Shown: one piece after another, positions 29,384-37,719 of the stretch | How the letters are laid out: each line of letters begins with the position of its first letter | Numbering within the stretch: the first letter of the stretch is position 1 | From: Planctomycetota bacterium | GTDB taxonomy: Bacteria; Planctomycetota; Phycisphaerae; UBA1845 | DNA length: 54,324 nucleotides | Assembly: GCA_024278695.1 (NCBI GenBank) | Contig: JAJRSR010000029.1 | Location: forward strand, 1 to 54,324 | Direction: 5' to 3' | Notes under the pieces: generated by a model | Database searches by the model: none | What the model was told of the DNA's origin: nothing | What the model saw: the letters and a program-made list of their open reading frames with translations, nothing else | Program-made: the position numbers and the translations under genes

Positions 29384-30379
29384 CTAAGGGTACGACCTGG
29401 GCGGCACAGAGGGGATCGTGGTTGCGCGCGCCGCGCGAATGTATAGGGTGCGCCGGGGTGTTCCGGAATCATCGACCTCGGCCGTCATCAGCCGATCCAA
29501 CGTCTCGTAGGACGCTTCCCCGGAGAGGTGCCCGAAGATCGTATACTGCCCGTCCCAATCCTTCAGTCGGGTGTAACCAATGAAGAATTGGCTGCTGCCG
29601 GAGTCCGGGTCATCACCAAGCAGTGCCATAGCGACGGAGCCTTTATCAAGGTGCCGTTCGTTATGCTCAAAGGCGATTCGCTTGCCGTCAGGCCTTACGC
29701 CCGTGCCATCACCGCGCGGGCAACCACCCTGGAGCATGAAGCCCGGTTCCAAGCGGTGGAACGTCTGACCCGTGTAGAAACCCGATTCCACCAAGTCAAG
29801 GAAGTTAGCCACATGGGCCGGAGCGTCCTCGTAAAAGAGGTCGATCGTGAGCGTGCCATCGTCCGTGATGAGTTGGACGCGTTTTTGCGGTGCCACGATA
29901 ATGCGGACCGGCTCACTCACGGCACCGCCACCGTAGGGTCGCCACGTGATACGGTATTCCCCGGCCGTTCGAAGCGCGGGGAAATACTCTCGCAGATCAA
30001 TCATGGTGCCCACGGTGCTTCGGGGAGCGAGCAGCAGAATGGGGGCCTCTTTCGGCTTGCGGTAGCCCACGGGCCGCTCCCAACTCCGGCCCGATCCGGT
30101 GGTTACCTCGACCCCGGAGGTCTCACCGCCGCTGAAAACATGCGACAGCGGCAATCCGATCTCCGGGTCGGGGATCGACGGTTCCGCACCCGGTACGGTC
30201 AGGGTGACCGATTCATCCAGGGCATTCTCGATCGTCATGGTGGCCCAGACTGGCTGACCGACGGGTACATGGTACATCATCGGCTTGATTTTAGCGCGAA
30301 GGCCTACGATCGGATCAGCGGCGGAATCGCTATAAGCTACTGCTAAGAATAGAGTTGAGAGTAGAATACGGTACCGCAT
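29384..30379 (-). CDS. Secreted cyclophilin-type peptidyl-prolyl cis-trans isomerase with an N-terminal beta domain
   Basis: The frame is open to 30448. ATG 30379 gives the signal peptide MRYRILLSTLFLAVAYS. Cyclophilin motifs are FHRLEPGFMLQGGCPRGDGTG, GSVAMA, SGSSQFFI and YTIFGHL. Confidence 0.88.
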   Translation of the reverse strand: MRYRILLSTLFLAVAYSDSAADPIVGLRAKIKPMMYHVPVGQPVWATMTIENALDESVTLTVPGAEPSIPDPEIGLPLSHVFSGGETSGVEVTTGSGRSWERPVGYRKPKEAPILLLAPRSTVGTMIDLREYFPALRTAGEYRITWRPYGGGAVSEPVRIIVAPQKRVQLITDDGTLTIDLFYEDAPAHVANFLDLVESGFYTGQTFHRLEPGFMLQGGCPRGDGTGVRPDGKRIAFEHNERHLDKGSVAMALLGDDPDSGSSQFFIGYTRLKDWDGQYTIFGHLSGEASYETLDRLMTAEVDDSGTPRRTLYIRAARATTIPSVPPRSYP

Positions 30380-30607
30380 CAGCCGATCAACATCCCATAA
30401 AAACCTTGCAACTCCCGGGCCACCAGAAAGCGGCACAGCCAGCGACAACCCACCGCCACCGCGTCGAACGACCGTTGCCGCTCTTGGAGAGTCGCCTGTT
30501 CAGTCATTCATACCGCACGCTTGGTACAAAGTTGCGGCCTCAGACTTCGTTAGACTCATCGGTCACAGACGGGGCGATCCTGGACGCCGAATCGACGTTC
30601 GGACGCG

Positions 30608-30636
30608 CTGACACCGGCTCGACGATGGTGTAGAGT
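30608..30636 (+). promoter_or_regulatory. Candidate selD promoter, implying a leaderless mRNA
   Basis: CTGACA (30608-30613), a 17-nt spacer and TAGAGT (30631-30636). ATG 30645 lies 8 nt downstream. Confidence 0.35.
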
Positions 30637-30644
30637 CCGATTCT

Positions 30645-31691
30645 ATGACACCTTCACGAAAGAGTCGACTCACGAACTACGCCAGTTGTGCTGGCTGAGC
30701 GGGCAAGCTCCCTATGGGAGCCCTCGCGCAGGTGCTGCGCAGCCTTCCCAGCTTCGACGATCCCAACCTCCTCGTCGGCACGGATCACTTTGACGATGCC
30801 GGCGTGTACCGCCTGACGGATACGCTGGCCATCGTCACCACGGTGGATTTTTTCCCGCCCCTGGTGGATGATCCGTACGTTTTTGGCCAGATCGCGGCCG
30901 CCAACAGCCTGTCGGACGTTTATGCGATGGGGGGGCGTGCGGTCACGGTTTTGAACATCGTGGGCTTTCCCGACAAGGATCTGCCGGTAGAGATTCTCGG
31001 TGATATCCTTCGCGGCGGCGCGGAGCGGGTTTTGGCGGCTGGTGCCGTCGTCGCGGGTGGGCATAGTGTTCGTGATGCGGAGATCAAATTCGGTCTCAGC
31101 GTCACCGGCGTGGTCGATCCATCGCGGATGTTTACCAACGGCGGGGCTAAGGCGGGTGATGTACTCGTGCTGAGCAAGCCGATCGGGAGCGGTGTGCTGA
31201 CGTCTGCTGCGAAGGCTGGAGACATTGATGAGGGCGGGTTGGCCGAGGCGGTTGCAGTGATGATCGACCTGAACGCCGCCGCGTCGGAAGCAGCCATCGA
31301 AGTAGGGGCTCGCGGCGTGACGGACATCACCGGATTCGGTCTCATCGGGCACGCGTTTGAGTTGGCCGAAGCGAGTGGTGTGACTATCGAGTTGGAGGCG
31401 GGTAAGGTGCCGCTGCTGGACCAGACGATCTCACTGGCCAAACGGAAGATGCTGACGCGTGCGCACAAGACAAACCTGGCGCATCTGGGTGATCGTGTGG
31501 TGGCCAGCGGTGTGGACGAGACGACGTTGGCCGTGTTGGCTGACGCGCAGACGTCCGGTGGCTTGCTGATCGCCGTGGGTGAGGATCGCGCGGATGAACT
31601 CGTGGCCGGGCTCAAGAAACGTGGTACAAAGTCGGCCGCGGTCGTGGGTCGGGCCGTGCCCAAGGGCGCGAGCGTGTTGACCGTACAGTAG
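30645..31691 (+). CDS. selD: Selenide, water dikinase (selenophosphate synthetase) with in-frame UGA = selenocysteine at codon 18
   Basis: The ORF track starts this gene at 30714. The same frame upstream reads ATG(30645) MTPSRKSRLTNYASCAG-TGA(30696-30698)-AGKLPMGALAQVL. This aligns to E. coli SelD [25 protein letters not shown], with the TGA at catalytic Cys17. The rest of the protein is classical SelD (DDAGVY, VDFFPPLVDDPYVFGQIAAANSLSDVYAMGG, GGHS, DITGFGL, DAQTSGGLL). Confidence 0.9.
30699..30740 (+). promoter_or_regulatory. Candidate bacterial SECIS region downstream of the selD UGA
   Basis: Two short hairpins follow the UGA: GCTCCC-TAT-GGGAGC (30707-30721) and GCGCAG-GTG-CTGCGC (30726-30740). 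I cannot tell by eye which, if either, is the SelB-binding element. Confidence 0.3.
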
Positions 31692-31764
31692 AGCCGCGAA
31701 GTAGTGCCGCGTCAGGTTAGCGCACCAGAGAAATCAGTCATGTTTCTGTCGTGGTGCGTATGAC

Positions 31765-31810
31765 GGGTGCCCCATGCTTCGGGTACGCCCGAAGGGCGGG
31801 GGAAGGACCG
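31765..31810 (+). repeat. REP-like palindromic unit, family 2
   Basis: GGGTGCCCCAT-GCTTCGGG-TACG-CCCGAAG-GGCGGGGGAAGGACCG, 74 nt downstream of the selD stop. Related units lie at 43030, 46480 (minus strand) and 53762. Confidence 0.6.
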
Positions 31811-31896
31811 AGGCATGACGGGAGGCAATAGGCAAGCTGTAGTTTGCCCGTGTCGGATCCGACGCCATTTCCCCCTGTTTTTTAAAAGGAATCACT

Positions 31897-33093
31897 ATGC
31901 GACGTGCAGTCGTTATCGATGCCGTGCGAACCCCCGTCGGACGTTACGGCGGCTCACTCTCGAAAATCCGTCCGGATGACTTGGCCGCCGCCGTCATCAA
32001 GGCGCTCATCGCGCGCACCGGTATCGACCCGGTGTTGATCGACGACGTCTACTGCGGTGCGGCCAATCAAGCGGGTGAGGACAACCGCAACGTCGCGCGC
32101 ATGGCCGCACTGCTCGCAGGGCTGCCCGATTCCGTTCCCGGATCGACGATCAACCGCCTTTGCGCTTCGAGCCTCGACGCGATCAACATTAGCGCCCGCA
32201 TGATCGAGGCGAACCACGGTGATGTGATGATCGCGTGCGGCGTCGAGAGCATGTCGCGGGCACCGATGGTGCTGGCGAAGGCGGACAGCGCGTTTTCCCG
32301 AAACGCTGAAATCTACGACACGACGATCGGTTGGCGATTCACGAACCCGAGGCTCGCCGCGATGTACCACCCGTATTCCATGGGAGAGACGGCCGAGAAC
32401 GTCGCGAAGCGGTACGAGCTATCGCGTGCGGAGCAGGACCGTTTCGCGTACGACTCGCAGATGAAATGCAAACGTGCGATGGAAGACGGTCGGTTCGCCG
32501 GGGAGATCATCGCGGTTGAGGTGCCGCAGCGTAAGGGGGATCCGATCGTCGTAGACACCGACGAGCACCCCCGGCACAGCACCACCCTCGAAGCGCTGGC
32601 GAAACTTAGACCCGCCTTCGCCAAGGAGGGTACGGTGACGGCCGGCAACGCATCCGGCATCAACGACGGAGCGGCCGCGTTGCTGTTGGTGGAGGAAAAA
32701 CTAGCGGAGAAGCTCAAACTCACGCCGTTCGCTGCGGTGGGGTGCTCGGCGACGGCTGGCGTGGATCCGTCCTGCATGGGGCTCGGTCCGATCCCTGCGA
32801 CGAATAAAGCACTGCAACGCGCGGGGTGGACGATGGGCGACGTTGACGTCGTGGAGCTGAACGAAGCCTTCGCCGCGCAGTCCATCGCGTGTCTGCGCGA
32901 TCTCGATCTGAACCCAGAACATGTGAACCCTTGCGGCGGCGCGATCGCACTGGGGCACCCGCTTGGGGCCAGTGGCGCGCGCATCACCACGACGTTGCTG
33001 CACGAAATGAAACGCCAAAACGCCAAGCGCGGCCTCGCCACGATGTGCGTCGGCGTAGGTCAAGGCGTCGCCACACTCTTCGAACGCGCGTAG
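31897..33093 (+). CDS. Acetyl-CoA C-acetyltransferase (thiolase II)
   Basis: 398-aa ORF with RBS AAGGAA. Thiolase motifs are VVIDAVRTPVGRYGGSL, the active-site Cys in INRLCASSLDAI, NEAFAAQ, NPCGGAIALGHPLGASGARI and MCVGVGQGVA. Confidence 0.93.
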   Translation: MRRAVVIDAVRTPVGRYGGSLSKIRPDDLAAAVIKALIARTGIDPVLIDDVYCGAANQAGEDNRNVARMAALLAGLPDSVPGSTINRLCASSLDAINISARMIEANHGDVMIACGVESMSRAPMVLAKADSAFSRNAEIYDTTIGWRFTNPRLAAMYHPYSMGETAENVAKRYELSRAEQDRFAYDSQMKCKRAMEDGRFAGEIIAVEVPQRKGDPIVVDTDEHPRHSTTLEALAKLRPAFAKEGTVTAGNASGINDGAAALLLVEEKLAEKLKLTPFAAVGCSATAGVDPSCMGLGPIPATNKALQRAGWTMGDVDVVELNEAFAAQSIACLRDLDLNPEHVNPCGGAIALGHPLGASGARITTTLLHEMKRQNAKRGLATMCVGVGQGVATLFERA

Positions 33094-33129
33094 CATGTGG
33101 TGATTCTCCGAGAACGCGCGCACACGACC

Positions 33130-33166
33130 GGGTGGCCCATAGCTTTAGCTGTGGGGAACGCGGATC
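33130..33166 (+). repeat. REP-like palindromic unit, family 1, single copy
   Basis: GGGTGGCCCAT-AGCTTTAGCT-GTGGGGAACGCGGATC, 37 nt after the thiolase stop. Confidence 0.65.
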
Positions 33167-33329
33167 GAAGGCCGTTCGTATTTCCCATCGGTATGGAGGC
33201 GAACCATCCAACGCATATCTTCGTCACACTTGGTCTCAGGGGAAAGACAGAGGACGCTCGCGATCGACAAAGGGTACGTTTGCCGGCGCTGGCTTGGCGA
33301 GATTTCCGCTGCAACGTAACGTATGCGTT

Positions 33330-33671
33330 ATGGCCGAACGTACCACATGCCCCAAGTGCGAATCAATCGAGAACCGCGTTGTTTTCTATGACTTACGCAA
33401 CTGGGGCAGAATTGGTCTTGAAATATTTCTCATGTTTTGGAGCATCGGCTCGATGATGAGCCGCCCGGCTGGGGGGCTGCCACTGCACCGAAAGTGCTGT
33501 GATTGTGGAGCTAGGTTCCTCGGCCACCGCAAGTTCCTTCGTGGGCTCGATGAATGTCGCATGTGCGGCTACAACCTCACCGGCAACACCTCCGGTCGAT
33601 GTTCCGAGTGCGGGTGGAAACTCACGCTGCGGCACCGGGCTCATCGAAAAAAGATCGACCGGCAACCCTAA
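33330..33671 (+). CDS. Small membrane-associated multi-zinc-ribbon protein
   Basis: This is the last 113 codons of track ORF 32889..33671, beginning at MAERTT. It has four CxxC pairs (CPKC, CCDC, CRMCGYNLTGNTSGRCSECG) and a hydrophobic segment (GRIGLEIFLMFWSIGSMM). The 5' part of the long ORF overlaps the thiolase gene out of frame and is rejected. Confidence 0.55.
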   Translation: MAERTTCPKCESIENRVVFYDLRNWGRIGLEIFLMFWSIGSMMSRPAGGLPLHRKCCDCGARFLGHRKFLRGLDECRMCGYNLTGNTSGRCSECGWKLTLRHRAHRKKIDRQP

Positions 33672-33727
33672 ACCTGTCGAATCAGACGAACGTGCGGCAT
33701 GGCATCGACGTACGACATGCAGTAGCC

Positions 33728-33806
33728 GGGTGGCTCACCTCCTTAGAGGCGGGGGACGCGAATGGTCTTCGATTCGTGCCCCCACAGCTAAAGCTATGGG
33801 CCACCC
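33728..33806. repeat. REPIN-like inverted pair of family-1 REP units
   Basis: The plus-strand unit at 33728-33765 reads GGGTGGCTCAC-CTCCTTAGAG-GCGGGGGACGCGAATGG. The minus-strand unit at 33771-33806 has the reverse complement GGGTGGCCCAT-AGCTTTAGCT-GTGGGGGCACGAATC. A 5-nt spacer separates them, so together they form a long imperfect hairpin. Confidence 0.7.
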
Positions 33807-33915
33807 ATTGCGAGAGCGAACGGTTCGCGGTGCGTGACAAAACGCCCCGAGCCGCAGGCTCTTAGCCTGCGTCATGCACCGGGTATCGATAATAGTCGGG
33901 GACTCAAAAATAGAC

Positions 33916-35793
33916 ATGGATCAACAAGCCACGAGCAAGCGAACCACGGTCATCGCACTGGCATTGATCTGTACGCTTTTCGTCGCGCTGTCTGCGTATG
34001 GCATCACCTGGGGTTTGCCGGACCGAAGTGTAGACCGTGTGCTTTTTGGAGAAGGCGAACCGTGGTCCGGTGAAAAGATTTATCGCCTCGCCAACGCCGC
34101 AGAAAAGTTCGACAAAACCCGTGGTGCCGACGTCGATGCCAACCCGCTCGATAAAAGCCAGGGTGATAACGGTCCGCATGCCCCCATCCTGATCACTGGC
34201 TCGAAAGAAGACATCGCGAAGATCTACCTGCGGTACCGGCTCTATACCTACCAGCCCGATGAGATGATCACCATGATGGCGCTGGCGGGCATGAGTCCGG
34301 GTGCGTTCGACTTCGATCCGAGGCTCTACCAATACGGCGGGCTGTTCATCTACCCCGTCGGCGCGCTTATCAAAGTCTGCGACCTGCTCGGCGTCATCGA
34401 CGTACGTAGTGACGTGACGTTTTACCTCGACCATCCCGGTGAGTTTGGAAAGTTCTACGTCGTCGCCAGAGCCTACGCGGCCGCCTGGGGCGTGCTCGGT
34501 ATTTTCACCGTCTTCGCCATCGCCAGAAGAATCGCCGGTTCGATGGCTCAGCCTCCGGGTACGTCGGATGGCACTGGGGATGGCACTGGCGCAGGTCTGC
34601 TTGCCGCGCTGCTCTTTACACTCATGCCGGTTGTGGTCTGCATGACGCACGAGGGCAAGCCGCACCTGCCCGGGGCCGTGCTCATGCTTGCGGCGGTGTT
34701 GTTCGCCATGCGCCGCGTCGAATCGCGTTTGCACTACGATTGGCTTCTGATGTGCGGTTGCTGTGGTGCGGCGTTGGGCATGGTGCTTTCCTCCTGGCCC
34801 ATCTTCGCCCTCATCCCACTCGTCGCGTGGCTTTCACGCGGGTCAGTCGTCGAAGGTTCATCCTCGCTTTGGCGCACCGCAATCCAAGCCGCCGCAGGCC
34901 TGGGTATCGCCGGCGCGACGTACTTCATCACGAATCCATACGTGGTCATCAACGCAATTTTTCATCCGGGCATTCTTCAAAGCAACCTCGGCAACTCGCT
35001 CGGCATGTACCAGATCGACCGCGTGGGTCAGGGGCTGTTGCGCGTGCTCGAACTCACGATCGAAGGGGTCACGCTGCCCGTGTTGGTCCTCGGTGTGATC
35101 GCCGTTGTCGGCGCATGGCGCTGGTGCAGGATGTCTGCGATGCCGCTCGGTATTGCGGCCGGCATCTTCTTCATTCAGTTCGTGTCGATCGGCGCGGACA
35201 AGCCGGGTGAGTATGGTCGTTTCGGCATCTTCCCGAACACGGCGTTCGTGATCGCGGCCTCTTGTTTGTTGATGCGTGTTTTCCGCCAACGGCGTGCCGC
35301 TGGGTGGGTGGCGATAGTTGCCGTGACGGCGTGGATGGGGTTCGCAGGCTACGGGTACCTGCACAACTTCCGAGCTGATGCCGTGAACGGTGGGTCGCGC
35401 CGTGCCTTCCATCAGCAGGTGATCCAACAAGCAAATGCCGCCGAAGAAAGCACGACCGCTCCCTGGTTGGGTAAGAAGACCCACGTCGGCCTCATCGCGG
35501 AGCCAGCGCCGTATAGCTGTCCACCGTTGCCGTTTGATACCACACCGGTGTACCTGTTTGCCAACCGTGAGGCCGCGATCGCCGCCCAACAGCGCGAGCC
35601 CACGCGCTGGACTCTGCTCTGGACGACCGATCAGGCTCAGCCTACGCCGCAACGTCCGATGATAGCGACGGCCACGGATCCTCAACCCGTGACACCTTTC
35701 CGGTCAGGCCCGATAACCCCGGTTACGCCGATCAGTTGGGCCAACAAGCCGATAGAACGCCACGAGGCGTCTACGCCGGTAGCGCCGAAGTGA
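33916..35793 (+). CDS. Polytopic membrane protein, putative GT-C fold glycosyltransferase (ArnT/PMT-like)
   Basis: The frame is open from 33874. ATG 33916 gives MDQQATSKRTTVIALALICTLFVALSAYGITWGLPD. There are at least 10 predicted TM segments and a soluble Pro-rich C-terminus. The functional assignment is by architecture only. Confidence 0.6.
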   Translation: MDQQATSKRTTVIALALICTLFVALSAYGITWGLPDRSVDRVLFGEGEPWSGEKIYRLANAAEKFDKTRGADVDANPLDKSQGDNGPHAPILITGSKEDIAKIYLRYRLYTYQPDEMITMMALAGMSPGAFDFDPRLYQYGGLFIYPVGALIKVCDLLGVIDVRSDVTFYLDHPGEFGKFYVVARAYAAAWGVLGIFTVFAIARRIAGSMAQPPGTSDGTGDGTGAGLLAALLFTLMPVVVCMTHEGKPHLPGAVLMLAAVLFAMRRVESRLHYDWLLMCGCCGAALGMVLSSWPIFALIPLVAWLSRGSVVEGSSSLWRTAIQAAAGLGIAGATYFITNPYVVINAIFHPGILQSNLGNSLGMYQIDRVGQGLLRVLELTIEGVTLPVLVLGVIAVVGAWRWCRMSAMPLGIAAGIFFIQFVSIGADKPGEYGRFGIFPNTAFVIAASCLLMRVFRQRRAAGWVAIVAVTAWMGFAGYGYLHNFRADAVNGGSRRAFHQQVIQQANAAEESTTAPWLGKKTHVGLIAEPAPYSCPPLPFDTTPVYLFANREAAIAAQQREPTRWTLLWTTDQAQPTPQRPMIATATDPQPVTPFRSGPITPVTPISWANKPIERHEASTPVAPK

Positions 35794-35854
35794 ACAACCG
35801 CCGTTCCCTGCGAAAGCAGAACTGTTGAAGCGTTGCGTACGAGGATGACCCACG

Positions 35855-36211
35855 ATGCCGAATCCACTATGTCACTTTGAAATCATGACGGGCGACCCGG
35901 AGAAGTGTAAGGCTTTCTATGGGTCGGTCTTCGAATGGGGTTACGACAACGACACGCTGCCCGGTTACTCACTCGTCGATGCGGGAAGCGAGCCCACGGG
36001 CGGCATCTTCCGAAAGCCCGACGCGGCTCCCGGTCCGTGTACGAACATCTACTTCCAAGTGGACGACATCGACAGCACGCTTAAGAAGGTTGAAGAAGCC
36101 GGCGGTACCATTCTCGTGCCCAATACCGAAATCCCGGGCGTGGGGCATTTCGGCATGTTTACTGACCCAGAGGGCATTGCCGTGGGCGTCATGCAGCCGA
36201 GCGGGTCGTAA
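35855..36211 (+). CDS. VOC (glyoxalase/bleomycin-resistance/dioxygenase) family protein
   Basis: 118-aa ORF: HFEIMTGDPEKCKAFYGSVFEW...GGIF....IYFQVDDIDSTLKKVEEAGGTILVP...PGVGHFGMFTDPEGIAVGVMQ. This is the typical single-domain VOC pattern. Confidence 0.88.
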   Translation: MPNPLCHFEIMTGDPEKCKAFYGSVFEWGYDNDTLPGYSLVDAGSEPTGGIFRKPDAAPGPCTNIYFQVDDIDSTLKKVEEAGGTILVPNTEIPGVGHFGMFTDPEGIAVGVMQPSGS

Positions 36212-36246
36212 ACGCTAATGTCTCGTGAAGCGCCAGCAGCAGAGCG

Positions 36247-37590
36247 CTATCCGCAGCCAAGCAGCCTGAGTGTGATACCCTTGATGTCTGTATCACGGTA
36301 GCCTTTTCCGGGAACGATGGACCCGTCGGTTGCGGAACAGATCAGCGCCGTCCGGTGTTTCGCTTCCGTCGCCGGAGCGCCGTGCGATCCCTTCACGAGA
36401 TTCGCGTCCAGCGGAATCGACCGCGTGGCCGGGTCGAAGAAAAGCTCCACCGGGTCGTAGCCCGGCTTGCGGTGAATATCCACGGTTCGAGCGAAGCCGG
36501 GAGCTTTCGCGTCGTCCAGCCACCAATAGTACGCGAACCAGTGGTCGTCTTTCGCTACAGCCACCACCTCGCCGGATCGGTTGTGGCACAGGCCCAGCTC
36601 GCGCCGCTCATCGCCGCAAACCACGCGTGCCACACCCGGCAGCTTTGCGATCAACGCCGCAGTTTTGTCGATTTGCTTCGGATCGCTCACGAACACGTGC
36701 GCAAGCTGGTGGTCCACCATCGCAAACGAAGTTGATCCGGCAAGGTCTAGCGTCTCGGCCCCGTCACACTCGCCAACCGACAGCAGCCCGGCCTCTCGCA
36801 GCGCCTTGTTGGGATAGATTGCGCCCGACACCGCCGTCAGTGCATATTCACCGGCCACCAGATACGTGACGTCTTGCCCCGATTCACTCGCAGCGATGCG
36901 CTCTGCAAACACGGCCAGCTCCGCGTCCAAATCCCGCAAAGCCTGGCTCGCCTGGTCGCTGTTCGGTCCGAATTTCTGCGACGCGTAGTCCAGGTGTGGT
37001 AGGTAGACCCAATGCAGCGTTGGCGCGTGCCTTTCATGAAGCCAGGCGGCTGCGTTCAAGATCCATCGCGTGGATTCGATATTCGCGAGCGGCCCCCAGT
37101 AGTGTTGTAGCGGAAAATGCCCGATCGTATCGAGCAATTCTTGATACAGCCCCTCCGGCTTGGAATAGCACCAGAGTTTCATCGTGCCGTCGGGCCCGTG
37201 GATCGGCTCCGGTGTGACGATGAAGTCCGCCCCGCAATCCTTGATGTTCTGCGCATGCCAGACGGCCGAGGTCGCATCGGGTCGGGCCGCGCGTAGTGCA
37301 TCCCAAACCTGCGCGCCGTCGCCGCCGACCACGCCGTTTCTCGCGACCCAAAACTCAACCGCTTTCTTGGTACGGTCATAGAAACCGTTGGCGATCACGC
37401 CGTGGGATTCGGCATTGCCTCCGGTCCAGAAGCCGGCCTGCACCGGTGAAGTCACGCACGGAAATGTCGGCGTCAGCTCCGCCATCGCTCCGGCGTTCGC
37501 CCAGCCATGCAGCGTGGGTGTCTGCGCTTTGGTGACATCGCCAGGGCGAAGCCCCGGTACGGAAAGAAAAAACAAGTTCGTTTTCGCCAT
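36247..37590 (-). CDS. Alkaline-phosphatase-superfamily nucleotide pyrophosphatase/phosphodiesterase
   Basis: The frame is open to 37797. I prefer ATG 37590 (MAKTNLFFLSVPGLRPGD). It has an NPP-type nucleophile region (TPTFPCVTSPVQAGFWTG) and metal-ligand-like motifs (YLPHLDYASQKFGP, GSHG). Confidence 0.8.
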   Translation of the reverse strand: MAKTNLFFLSVPGLRPGDVTKAQTPTLHGWANAGAMAELTPTFPCVTSPVQAGFWTGGNAESHGVIANGFYDRTKKAVEFWVARNGVVGGDGAQVWDALRAARPDATSAVWHAQNIKDCGADFIVTPEPIHGPDGTMKLWCYSKPEGLYQELLDTIGHFPLQHYWGPLANIESTRWILNAAAWLHERHAPTLHWVYLPHLDYASQKFGPNSDQASQALRDLDAELAVFAERIAASESGQDVTYLVAGEYALTAVSGAIYPNKALREAGLLSVGECDGAETLDLAGSTSFAMVDHQLAHVFVSDPKQIDKTAALIAKLPGVARVVCGDERRELGLCHNRSGEVVAVAKDDHWFAYYWWLDDAKAPGFARTVDIHRKPGYDPVELFFDPATRSIPLDANLVKGSHGAPATEAKHRTALICSATDGSIVPGKGYRDTDIKGITLRLLGCG

Positions 37591-37684
37591 GATGGATCTC
37601 TGCGTTACTGTTCTAGCTCGTAGCCGGTTCGCGTGCGTCGGTCGCACCGTCGCCCGGCCGCATATCGTAGTCCAATCGGCCCGC

Positions 37685-37713
37685 GTGTCACACCTCGGGC
37701 GGCTCGCTATGAT
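37685..37713 (+). promoter_or_regulatory. Candidate promoter of the methyltransferase gene, implying a leaderless mRNA
   Basis: GTGTCA (37685-37690), a 17-nt spacer and TATGAT (37708-37713). ATG 37720 lies 6 nt downstream. Confidence 0.35.
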
Positions 37714-37719
37714 GGTGTC

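Noticed and set aside
32889-33329. 5' two thirds of the 260-aa plus-strand ORF 32889..33671.
   Set aside because: This part overlaps the thiolase gene out of frame and crosses a REP-like repeat, and its translation is Arg-rich. Only the last 113 codons, from ATG 33330, look like a real zinc-ribbon gene.
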